In this document: piece after piece, positions 1-8,082 of the stretch | How the letters are laid out: every line of letters begins with the position of its first letter | Numbering within the stretch: the stretch's first letter is position 1 | Assembly (NCBI GenBank): GCA_043738925.1 | Contig: JAYUFA010000285.1 | Location: 1 to 35,015, forward strand | DNA from: Actinomycetota bacterium | Lineage (GTDB): Bacteria; Actinomycetota; Acidimicrobiia; Acidimicrobiales; WLNW01 | Reading direction: 5' to 3' | DNA length: 35,015 bases | The notes under the pieces: generated by a model | What the model was told of the DNA's origin: nothing | The model's database searches: none | What the model saw: the letters and a program-made list of their open reading frames with translations, nothing else | Position numbers and translations under genes: made by a program

Positions 1-21
1 ACACCATTCATGACGAGCATG

Positions 22-57
22 TGAACAACTCCCCACACCGTTCATCACCGGCGGTGA
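22..57. promoter_or_regulatory. Candidate operator region upstream of narK: TGAAC-N13-GTTCA (22-26/40-44) next to the perfect palindrome TCACCG-g-CGGTGA (45-57)
   Basis: Inverted repeats read directly from the sequence about 100 nt upstream of the narK ATG (157). A 1-nt centre rules out a hairpin, so a dimeric protein site is more likely. No regulator can be assigned. Confidence 0.3.
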
Positions 58-156
58 GCATCCTGTTGCGCGTTGGTCACTGACTCGAAATCATTCGCTG
101 ACTCCCGTTTCCTACCGTGCTTCTCGTCCCCCACATGACGAGGAGATCGATCGCCG

Positions 157-1572
157 ATGACCGGATCCGCCGCCACGCTCGAAGCGGGCAGCAACGTTGA
201 CCTGGCAACGCGCGTTGCCTCGGCGTCGCCAACCGCTGCGACCCGCTCGACTCGTTGGATCGATGACTGGCGTCCTGAAGATGCCACGTTCTGGGCCGAG
301 GGCGGCCAACGGATCGCCAGGCGGAACCTGATCTTCTCGATCCTGTCCGAACACATCGGCTTTTCCATCTGGAGCATGTGGTCGGTCATGGTGCTGTTTC
401 TCAACAAGCGCTACGGCTTCGACCCCGCACAGAAATTCCTGCTCACAACCATGCCCGTCGCAGTGGGCGCCGTGTTGCGCATTCCGTACACCTTCGCGGT
501 CGCGAAGTTCGGTGGACGCAACTGGACCATCTTCAGCACCGCAATCTTGCTCGTGCCGTGCGCGCTGACCGCGATGGTGCTCAAGCCTGGCGTGTCGTTC
601 ACCACGCTGCTGCTCGTCGGCGCCGTTGCCGGTGTGGGTGGCGGCAACTTCTCGTCGTCCATGTCGAACATCGACGCGTTCTACCCGCAACGCCTGAAGG
701 GTTGGGCGCTCGGCCTCAATGCAGGGGGCGGCAACATCGGCGTCGCCGCGGTGCAGCTCGTCGGTCTGGCGGTGCTCGCCGCTTTCGGTGTGGCGCACCC
801 ACGGGTCATCATCGCGATCTACGTTCCGCTCGTGGTGCTCGCCACGGTCGGGGCCGCGTTGTTCATGAACAACCTGAGTCACGTCACGAACGACAAAGGT
901 GCGATGCGCGACGTGCTGCGCGATCGTCACAGCTGGATCATCATGACGCTGTACGTCGGTACGTTCGGCACCTTCATCGGCTTTGGGTTCGCGTTCGGCC
1001 AGGTATTGCAGGTGCAGTTCGCATCTACGTTCAACACACCCGCCAAGGCCGCGAGCGTCACGTTCCTCGGCCCGCTGATCGGCTCGCTCATCCGCCCCGT
1101 CGGTGGCCGCCTCGCCGACAAGATCGCCGGCTCGTTCGTCACGTTCTGGAACTTCGTCGCGATGTCCATCGGTGCATCGGTCGTGCTTGTCGCTTCACAA
1201 ATGAAGTCGCTGCCCGTGTTCGTCATCGGCTTCATCGTGCTGTTCGTCCTCAGCGGTCTTGGGAACGGCTCGACCTACAAGATGATCCCCGCGGTGTTCA
1301 ACGCACGAGCCCAGCTGGCGATCGCTGCAGGTATCGATCCCGACGATGCAGCACGCCGGGCGAAGCGTCTCTCGCGGGCACTCATCGGCCTCGCGGGCGC
1401 CGTCGGGGCGTTCGGTGGTGTGCTGGTGAACCTCTCATTCCGCCAAGCGTTCCTGAGTTCGAAGTCGGGCGACGTTGCCTACGCCGCCTTCATCGTGCTC
1501 TACGTGGCGTGCGCCGCAATCACGTGGACCGCATATCGCCGCGACCGTGTCGGCCGTTTGGCCGGGGTCTGA
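157..1572 (+). CDS. narK: MFS nitrate/nitrite transporter (NarK/NasA family)
   Basis: 471-aa ORF with about 12 predicted TM helices. The N-terminus WRPEDATFWAEGGQRIARRNLIFSILSEHIGFSIW is typical of NarK-type porters. AGGAGA lies 10 nt upstream of the ATG, and nirBD follows directly. Confidence 0.9.
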   Translation: MTGSAATLEAGSNVDLATRVASASPTAATRSTRWIDDWRPEDATFWAEGGQRIARRNLIFSILSEHIGFSIWSMWSVMVLFLNKRYGFDPAQKFLLTTMPVAVGAVLRIPYTFAVAKFGGRNWTIFSTAILLVPCALTAMVLKPGVSFTTLLLVGAVAGVGGGNFSSSMSNIDAFYPQRLKGWALGLNAGGGNIGVAAVQLVGLAVLAAFGVAHPRVIIAIYVPLVVLATVGAALFMNNLSHVTNDKGAMRDVLRDRHSWIIMTLYVGTFGTFIGFGFAFGQVLQVQFASTFNTPAKAASVTFLGPLIGSLIRPVGGRLADKIAGSFVTFWNFVAMSIGASVVLVASQMKSLPVFVIGFIVLFVLSGLGNGSTYKMIPAVFNARAQLAIAAGIDPDDAARRAKRLSRALIGLAGAVGAFGGVLVNLSFRQAFLSSKSGDVAYAAFIVLYVACAAITWTAYRRDRVGRLAGV

Positions 1573-1583
1573 GGAGCAGCGCC

Positions 1584-4073
1584 ATGACAGCTGCACAGGA
1601 CGTTCGCCCCGTCGTGCTCGTCGTCGGCAATGGCATGGTCGGCCATCACTTCGTCGCAACTGCAATGGAACGCGGGATCACGAACACCCATCGCGTTGTT
1701 GTCGTCGGCGAGGAACGTCATCGGGCTTACGACCGAGTACATCTGTCGTCACTGTTCGACGGCGCGACGAATCGCGACCTCCAGCTCGGCGACGACGATT
1801 TGTATGCGGACGACGCTGTCGAACTGGTCGTCGGCGACGCCATCGTCGAGGTCGATGTCGACGCGCGAGTCGCGGTAACAACCTCGGGCCGCGCAATCGC
1901 GTTCGAGACCTGCGTGCTGGCAACAGGGTCGTCAGCGTTCGTGCCGCCGATTCCCGGCATCGACGCACAAGGCGTGTTCGTCTACCGCACGATCGACGAT
2001 GTCGATGCCATCCGGGCGCACGCCGCGTCGGTGCGACGTGGCGTCGTCGTCGGTGGCGGTCTCCTCGGCCTCGAGGCAGCGAACGCCCTGCGCCTGCTCG
2101 GTCTCGACGTCATCGTGGTCGAGTTCGCGCCTCGTCTGATGGCCGTGCAGCTTGACGAAGGCGGTGCGGCTTCGCTGCGATCACATGTCGAAGCGCTCGG
2201 CCTCGAGGTTCGCCTCGGCGCGGGCGCAACCGAAGTGCGTCACGTCGAAGGCGTGTGTGTCGGGCTCGCGTTTGGCGATGGCACGACGATCGATGCAGAC
2301 ATGGTCGTGTTCGCGGCCGGTATCCGGCCGCGAGACCAACTCGGTCGATCGGCAGGCCTCGTGATGGGCGAACGAGGCGGCATCGTCGTCGACAACACCT
2401 GCCGCACATCGCAGGAGCACGTATACGCGATCGGCGAAGTGGCGCTGCACGGTGGCCGGATCTACGGCCTGGTCGGCCCAGGCCAAACGATGGCCGAGGT
2501 CGCCGTCGATCACATTCTCGGCGGCACGACGCGTTTCGAAGGTGCAGATATGAGCACCAAGCTCAAGCTCCTCGGCGTGGATGTCGCGAGCGTCGGCAAC
2601 CCGCACGCCGCCGGCTGCGAGGTCGTACTCGCCGATCCGACGCGCGGTGTTTGGCAGAAGGTGATCCTCGACGACGAATCACGCGTTATCGGCGCCGTGC
2701 TGGTCGGCGACGTTGCGGCTTTTGGACCGCTTCTCCAACGTGCACGCAGCGGCGAGGCCGTCATCGACGCAATGGCCGTGCTGCGCCCAACTACGGCGAC
2801 ATCCGACGCCCCCCCGGCCGACGGTTCGCTCGTATGCTCGTGTCGCAATATCACCTACGGCACCGTTCGCGCGGCGGTCGCCGAGGGATTCGAAGACGTC
2901 GCCGGAATCAAATCGTGCACCAAAGCGGGCACTGGTTGCGGGTCGTGTGTTCCCGTACTTCTCGAAATCATCGATCGGGAATTGGTCAATGCCGGCCGCG
3001 CCGTGGTCAAGCACCTCTGCCCCCACTTCGCCATGACGCGGCCCGAGTTGTTCGAGCTGGTGCGAGCGGGAGGCATTCGCAGCTTCGCCACCTTGGTGAC
3101 AAGGCACGGCACAGGTGAGGGCTGCGAGGTATGCAAGCCGGCCGTCGCGTCGATGTTTGCATCGCTGTCCTTGGGCCACATCCTCGACGGCGAACAGGCA
3201 AGCCTTCAAGACACCAACGACCACTTCCTCGCGAATATGCAGCGAGACGGCACCTACTCGGTCGTGCCCCGCGTTCCCGGTGGCGAGATCACCCCGGCGC
3301 AGCTCATCGCCATCGGTGAGGTCGCACGCGACTTCGACCTGTACACGAAGATCACCGGTGGTCAACGCATCGACCTCTTCGGCGCCCGTGTCGAGGAGCT
3401 GCCGCTCATCTGGGCGCGCCTCGTCGCGGCGGGCATGGAATCCGGGCATGCGTACGGCAAGGCGTTGCGCACGGTGAAGTCGTGCGTTGGATCGGTGTGG
3501 TGTCGTTACGGCGTGCAGGACTCGGTGCAACTCGCGATCGATCTCGAACTTCGTTACCGCGGTTTGCGTTCGCCCCACAAGATCAAGATGGCCGTGTCGG
3601 GGTGCGCGCGCGAATGTGCCGAGGCGCAAGGCAAAGACGTCGGCGTGATCGCGACCGAACGCGGCTGGAACCTGTACGTCGGCGGCAACGGCGGCATGCG
3701 CCCTGCGCACGCCGAGCTACTCGCGGAGGATCTCGACCGAGACACGCTGATTCGCATGATCGACCGATACCTCATGTGGTATGTGCGCACTGCTGAGCGT
3801 CTCGAACGCACCGCCACGTGGCAGCGCAAGTTGCCAGGTGGCATCGACTTCGTACGCCGCGTCGTTCTCGACGACGAGCTCGGCCTCGGCGCCGAGTTCG
3901 AACGCGACATGGATCATCACGTCGAGCAGTACCGCTGTGAGTGGACCGAGACCCTTGAGGATCCCGAACGACTGTTGCGCTTTGTGTCGTTCGTCAACAC
4001 CGATCAACCCGACCCGAGCATCACCCACATACGTGTGCGCGGACAACGCATTCCCGTGGAGGCAACGTCATGA
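1584..4073 (+). CDS. nirB: NAD(P)H-dependent assimilatory nitrite reductase, large subunit
   Basis: Internal ATG at 1584 of the 378..4073 ORF, with GAGGAG 7 nt upstream. The sequence begins with the FAD/NAD Rossmann motif VVLVVGNGMVGHHF. It also has a BFD-like 2Fe-2S motif (CSCRNI...CGSCVP) and siroheme/4Fe-4S cysteines (SCVGSVWCRYG, SGCARECAEA). Confidence 0.95.
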   Translation: MTAAQDVRPVVLVVGNGMVGHHFVATAMERGITNTHRVVVVGEERHRAYDRVHLSSLFDGATNRDLQLGDDDLYADDAVELVVGDAIVEVDVDARVAVTTSGRAIAFETCVLATGSSAFVPPIPGIDAQGVFVYRTIDDVDAIRAHAASVRRGVVVGGGLLGLEAANALRLLGLDVIVVEFAPRLMAVQLDEGGAASLRSHVEALGLEVRLGAGATEVRHVEGVCVGLAFGDGTTIDADMVVFAAGIRPRDQLGRSAGLVMGERGGIVVDNTCRTSQEHVYAIGEVALHGGRIYGLVGPGQTMAEVAVDHILGGTTRFEGADMSTKLKLLGVDVASVGNPHAAGCEVVLADPTRGVWQKVILDDESRVIGAVLVGDVAAFGPLLQRARSGEAVIDAMAVLRPTTATSDAPPADGSLVCSCRNITYGTVRAAVAEGFEDVAGIKSCTKAGTGCGSCVPVLLEIIDRELVNAGRAVVKHLCPHFAMTRPELFELVRAGGIRSFATLVTRHGTGEGCEVCKPAVASMFASLSLGHILDGEQASLQDTNDHFLANMQRDGTYSVVPRVPGGEITPAQLIAIGEVARDFDLYTKITGGQRIDLFGARVEELPLIWARLVAAGMESGHAYGKALRTVKSCVGSVWCRYGVQDSVQLAIDLELRYRGLRSPHKIKMAVSGCARECAEAQGKDVGVIATERGWNLYVGGNGGMRPAHAELLAEDLDRDTLIRMIDRYLMWYVRTAERLERTATWQRKLPGGIDFVRRVVLDDELGLGAEFERDMDHHVEQYRCEWTETLEDPERLLRFVSFVNTDQPDPSITHIRVRGQRIPVEATS

Positions 4074-4420
4074 GCAACTCGATCCTCGTTGGGTTCGTGC
4101 CCGTGTGCGAACGCGCTCGACTTGTTGCCAACCGCGGAGTGGCCGCGCTTGTCGATGGTGTCGCGATCGCGGTGTTCGCAATGTCCGACGGCAGCATCCA
4201 CGCGATCGACAACGTCGATCCGATCTCGGGCGCAAGCGTGCTCAGCCGTGGGTTGACCGGCGACGTCAACGGTGAACTCGCCGTTGCGTCACCGATGTAC
4301 AAGCAGAGGTTCTCCCTGCTCACCGGCCGTTGTCTCGACGACCCGTCGGTGCGAGTCACCGTGCACGAGGCGCGCATCAACGACGACATCGTCGAAGTGA
4401 AAGTGATGCGATCACCGTGA
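4070..4420 (+). CDS. nirD: Nitrite reductase small subunit (Rieske-fold NirD)
   Basis: 116 aa. ATGA overlap with the nirB stop. NirD-like sequence (AIDNVDPISGASVLSRGLTGD...SPMYKQRFSLLTGRCLDD). Confidence 0.9.
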   Translation: MSNSILVGFVPVCERARLVANRGVAALVDGVAIAVFAMSDGSIHAIDNVDPISGASVLSRGLTGDVNGELAVASPMYKQRFSLLTGRCLDDPSVRVTVHEARINDDIVEVKVMRSP

Positions 4421-5817
4421 CCTTCGTCGAGATCACCGCCAAGCGGCCCGTGACGATCGCGCCGATCCATCATCCCGATCTGTTGGCACTCGATGCCGGC
4501 GAGCAGTATCGCTTCGGGTTCGACATGAACTCGTGCATCGGTTGTCACTCATGCGAAGTCGCGTGCGCCGAACAGAACGGCCTACCCGACGGCACCGTCT
4601 GGCGACGCGTTGGTGAGGTCGAGGGTGGCGATCACCCCACGACGCGACGGTTCCATCTGTCGATGTCGTGCAATCAATGCATCGAACCGGCGTGCCTCGA
4701 GGGCTGCCCGACGAACGCGTACGAGAAGCTCGCCAACGGCGTCGTGGCCCATCACGCCGATGACTGCATCGGATGTCAGTACTGCACCTGGAACTGTCCC
4801 TACTCGGTACCGGTCTTTCAACCCGATCGCCGCATTGTCACCAAGTGCGACATGTGCCAGCCGCGGCTCGAGGCAGGTCGCGCTCCGGCGTGCGTTGATG
4901 CGTGTCCGACGCGCGCGATCACCATCGAGAAGGTGAACGTCGCCGAATGGCGAGCCGACCATTCTGGCGCCGACGCACCAACCCTGCCGAGTGCCGAGTT
5001 CACGTTGTCGACCACACGCATCGAGCTCCCGCATGACGTTCCCATCGACGCGTACGCGGCGAGCGATTGGAACATCCGCCCCGAGCACCCGCATTGGTCG
5101 CTCGTGTGGCTGACATTGCTCAGCCAACTCGCCGTGGGCATGACCTTCGGAGCCACCACACTGGTCACGCGCGCGGCAAGTGCCGTGGTGGCCTCGATGG
5201 CATTACTCGGAGCGCTGTTCCACCTCGGTCGGCCCGCTGTTGCCTACAAGGCGTTCCGCAACCTGCGCCGATCGTGGCTCAGCCGCGAGGTCGCGCTGCT
5301 GTCGTTGTACGGCGCCCTCGCTCCGCTCACCGTGGTCGCACCGAGCCTGCGGCCGTTCGCTGCCGGCGCCGGCGCACTGGGCGTCTACGCCTCGGCGAGG
5401 CTGTACATGGTGCCCGGACGCCCTGCGTGGAACACGCCGCTGACCATCGTTCGCTTCGCCGCTACCACGATGGCACTTGGTGCCGCTGTCACCGGCCAGC
5501 GACGGTTCGTGGTCATCGGTCTCGGGTTAGCGTTGCTCGCGACCCTCGCCAACTGGGCGCGTCTCGCGCGCAATCCGAATCCAGCGCATCGCGGCGCGGT
5601 GCGATTGGAAACGCGTTGGTTCCGACGCTTCACGATTGCTCGCTTCGCGACCGCAGTCATCGCCGCAGCGATGGCCGCTGTCGGCCTCCCGCTCGTCATC
5701 GTGTTCGTGCTCGCCGGCACGAGTGAGCTGATCGGTCGTTGGCTCTTCTACGTGGCCGTCGTGCCGCTCAACATGCCCGGCGCATTCTGGCGGGGCGCCG
5801 CGGGGAGCCACCGATGA
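4417..5817 (+). CDS. Fusion protein: DmsB/NrfC-type four-cluster [4Fe-4S] ferredoxin domain plus a DmsC-like polytopic membrane anchor
   Basis: GTG at 4417 overlaps the nirD TGA (GTGA). Four Cys groups are present: CIGCHSCEVAC, CNQCIEPACLEGCP, CIGCQYCTWNCP and CDMC...CVDACP. About 8 hydrophobic helices follow, ending in ELIGRWLFY. There is no signal peptide. Confidence 0.8.
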   Translation: MTFVEITAKRPVTIAPIHHPDLLALDAGEQYRFGFDMNSCIGCHSCEVACAEQNGLPDGTVWRRVGEVEGGDHPTTRRFHLSMSCNQCIEPACLEGCPTNAYEKLANGVVAHHADDCIGCQYCTWNCPYSVPVFQPDRRIVTKCDMCQPRLEAGRAPACVDACPTRAITIEKVNVAEWRADHSGADAPTLPSAEFTLSTTRIELPHDVPIDAYAASDWNIRPEHPHWSLVWLTLLSQLAVGMTFGATTLVTRAASAVVASMALLGALFHLGRPAVAYKAFRNLRRSWLSREVALLSLYGALAPLTVVAPSLRPFAAGAGALGVYASARLYMVPGRPAWNTPLTIVRFAATTMALGAAVTGQRRFVVIGLGLALLATLANWARLARNPNPAHRGAVRLETRWFRRFTIARFATAVIAAAMAAVGLPLVIVFVLAGTSELIGRWLFYVAVVPLNMPGAFWRGAAGSHR

Positions 5818-7985
5818 AGGAGTTCATCAAACGGGTACTCGGCGTCGATCACGGCGGCGACCGCTACCGCTACGTCGACGATCCGCTGCGCGGGCCAGTG
5901 AGCGAGAGCCGCGCCGTCGACCGTTGGGTTCGCACCACGTGTGGCTATTGCTCGGTCGGCTGCGGCATGTTGCTCGGCGTTCGCAGCGGCAAGGCCGTGG
6001 CTGTTCAGGGCGATCCCGATCATCCGGTGAACCAAGGACGGCTCTGCCCGAAGGGCCTGAGCGAGCATCAGATGATCGGCGCGGAAGGTCGCCTCACGAT
6101 GCCGACCATCGGCGGGCAACCAGCCAGTTGGCACGATGCACTCGACCACATGGTGGATGGCTTTCGCCAACTGCTCGACACGCACGGACCGGAATCGGTT
6201 GCGATCTTGTCGACCGGTCAGCTCGTCACCGAAGAGTTCTACGCGCTCGGCAAACTCGCCCGTCTCGGCATGGGCCTTCGCAACTACGACGGCAACACGA
6301 CCCTCTGCATGGCCAGCGCTGCATCGGGCTACAAGCTGTCGTTCGGAACCGACGGTCCTCCTGGTTGTTACGAAGACTTCGAACTCGCCGACGTGGTCGT
6401 GTTGTGGGGCGCGAACATCGCCGACAACCATCCGGTGCTCGCGCCGCGGATCATGGGTGGCAATCAGACGATCATCGTGGTCGACCCTCGCGTCACCAAG
6501 ACCGCGATGTTGGCCGATCTGCATGTGCCGGTTCGCCCACGTGGTGACGTCGCACTGCTCAACGGCATCATGGCCACGCTGATCGCCGAGCAGATCGTCG
6601 ACGTCGAGGCCATACGCGACAAGGTCGACGGGCTCGACGAATTGTTGGCGCACCTCGCGACTTGGGACGCCGAGCGCGCCGCCGAGGAAAGTGGTCTTGA
6701 CGCCGACCTCGTGCGCGATCTCGCTCGCATCATTGGGCGTGCCGAGCGGTGCGTGCTCGCGTGGACCATGGGCGTAAACCATTCCGTGCAGGGCACCGAA
6801 ACCGTCACGCTGTTGAACAGCCTCGCGGTGCTGACCGGCAACATCGGGCGCCCTGGCGCGTCACCATTTTCGATCACCGGACAGTGCAACGCTATGGGCA
6901 CGCGCGAGGCGGGTTTCACCGCGTCGATGCCCGGCTACCGCAACTACGACGACCCGGCGGCGCGCGCAGAACTCGCCGCCCTCTGGGGCATCGACGAACA
7001 ACGGCTGCCTGCTGAGCGCGGGCGCGCGTACCCCGACATCATCAACGCCATCGTGTCGGGCCGCATCAAAGGCTTGTGGATCATCGCCACGAACCCTGTT
7101 GTGTCGTATCCGCACCGAGACATCCTCGAGACGGCCTTGAGATCACTCGATCTCCTCGTGGTGCAAGACGGATTCGAGACGCCCACGACGGCACTTGCCG
7201 ACGTCGTGCTACCCGCGGCGATCTGGGGCGAGAAAGAAGGCACGTTCACCAACAGCGAACGCCGCGTGTCGCGCGTGCGAGCCGCGGTCGAGCCCCCTGG
7301 CCGGGTGCGCACAGACTTCGACATCTTCCTCGACGTTGCTCGTCGGTGGGGCTGCGCCAACGAACTCTTCGCCGGATGGTCGAGCCCGGCCGACGCGTTT
7401 GAGGAATGGCGCCACGTTTCTGCCGGTCGCCCGTGCGACTACAGCGGCATCACCTGGGATCGCATCGACGCGGTGGGCGGCGTCCAATGGCCGTGTCCCC
7501 CGGGACCCGACACACCCCTCGCCGGCACGCCACGCCTCTACGCCGATAGCCACGTGAATCGCCCGGGGGGACGTACCGCGCTACGGGTCGTTGATCCGAA
7601 GCCCATACGGGACGCTCCCCGGCCCGAGTTCCCACTGCTGCTCAACACGGGCCGAACCGTGGAGCACTGGCACACACGTACGAAGACAGGTCGCATTGCC
7701 GTGCTCGAGGGCCTCGCGCCCGAGGCGTGGGTCGAGATGCATCCCGTCGATGCATCCGCGCTCCGTCTGCGATCGGGCGACTGGGCGCGCGTGAGTTCAC
7801 GGCGCGGTTGCATCGACCAGATACGCGTTCGGGTAACCACCATCGTGCGCCGCGGCGAGGTCTTCATCCCGTTCCATTGGGACGAGCGGTGCGCGAACCG
7901 CCTTACCGACGACGACTTCGATCCGATCAGCCGTGAGCCGAACTACAAGCAATGCGCAGTGCGCGTCGAGGTGGCGAGTCCGTAG
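5814..7985 (+). CDS. Molybdopterin (bis-MGD) nitrate reductase catalytic subunit, Nas/NarB/Nap-like, cytoplasmic
   Basis: ATG at 5814 overlaps the upstream TGA (ATGA). N-terminal 4Fe-4S motif TTCGYCSVGCG...LCPKG. TLCMASAASGYK is the Mo-ligand Cys motif of the Nas/Nap family. C-terminal FIPFHWDE...REPNYKQCAVRVE. No twin-arginine signal. Confidence 0.85.
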   Translation: MKEFIKRVLGVDHGGDRYRYVDDPLRGPVSESRAVDRWVRTTCGYCSVGCGMLLGVRSGKAVAVQGDPDHPVNQGRLCPKGLSEHQMIGAEGRLTMPTIGGQPASWHDALDHMVDGFRQLLDTHGPESVAILSTGQLVTEEFYALGKLARLGMGLRNYDGNTTLCMASAASGYKLSFGTDGPPGCYEDFELADVVVLWGANIADNHPVLAPRIMGGNQTIIVVDPRVTKTAMLADLHVPVRPRGDVALLNGIMATLIAEQIVDVEAIRDKVDGLDELLAHLATWDAERAAEESGLDADLVRDLARIIGRAERCVLAWTMGVNHSVQGTETVTLLNSLAVLTGNIGRPGASPFSITGQCNAMGTREAGFTASMPGYRNYDDPAARAELAALWGIDEQRLPAERGRAYPDIINAIVSGRIKGLWIIATNPVVSYPHRDILETALRSLDLLVVQDGFETPTTALADVVLPAAIWGEKEGTFTNSERRVSRVRAAVEPPGRVRTDFDIFLDVARRWGCANELFAGWSSPADAFEEWRHVSAGRPCDYSGITWDRIDAVGGVQWPCPPGPDTPLAGTPRLYADSHVNRPGGRTALRVVDPKPIRDAPRPEFPLLLNTGRTVEHWHTRTKTGRIAVLEGLAPEAWVEMHPVDASALRLRSGDWARVSSRRGCIDQIRVRVTTIVRRGEVFIPFHWDERCANRLTDDDFDPISREPNYKQCAVRVEVASP

Positions 7986-8035
7986 GTACGCGCCGGCTGT
8001 GCCGGATGACCACCGCTCCCGAGGACCGTTCCATT

Positions 8036-8060
8036 TCGATACGGATACGTTCCGTATCGA
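8036..8060. promoter_or_regulatory. Perfect inverted repeat TCGATACGGA-tacgt-TCCGTATCGA; candidate operator for the downstream TetR regulator
   Basis: 10-bp arms and a 5-nt spacer, read directly. The repeat ends 22 nt before the MFS ATG (8083), just upstream of the GGAGGG RBS. No U-tract follows, so it is a weak terminator candidate. Confidence 0.45.
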
Positions 8061-8082
8061 GACAACCCAGGGAGGGCCCCTC

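Noticed and set aside
378-1583. 5' part of the 1231-aa ORF 378..4073, which would extend nirB by about 400 aa
   Set aside because: This part overlaps the clearly genuine narK gene in another frame, and its translation is Arg/Ala/Gly/Pro-rich junk. The recognisable NirB Rossmann fold begins right after the ATG at 1584, which has a GAGGAG RBS.
5814-5960. Twin-arginine (Tat) signal on the molybdopterin subunit, which would make it a periplasmic Nap/Psr/Ttr-like enzyme
   Set aside because: The N-terminus MKEFIKRVLGVDHGGDRYRYVDDPLRG has no RRxFLK motif and no hydrophobic h-region before the CxxCxxxC cluster motif.
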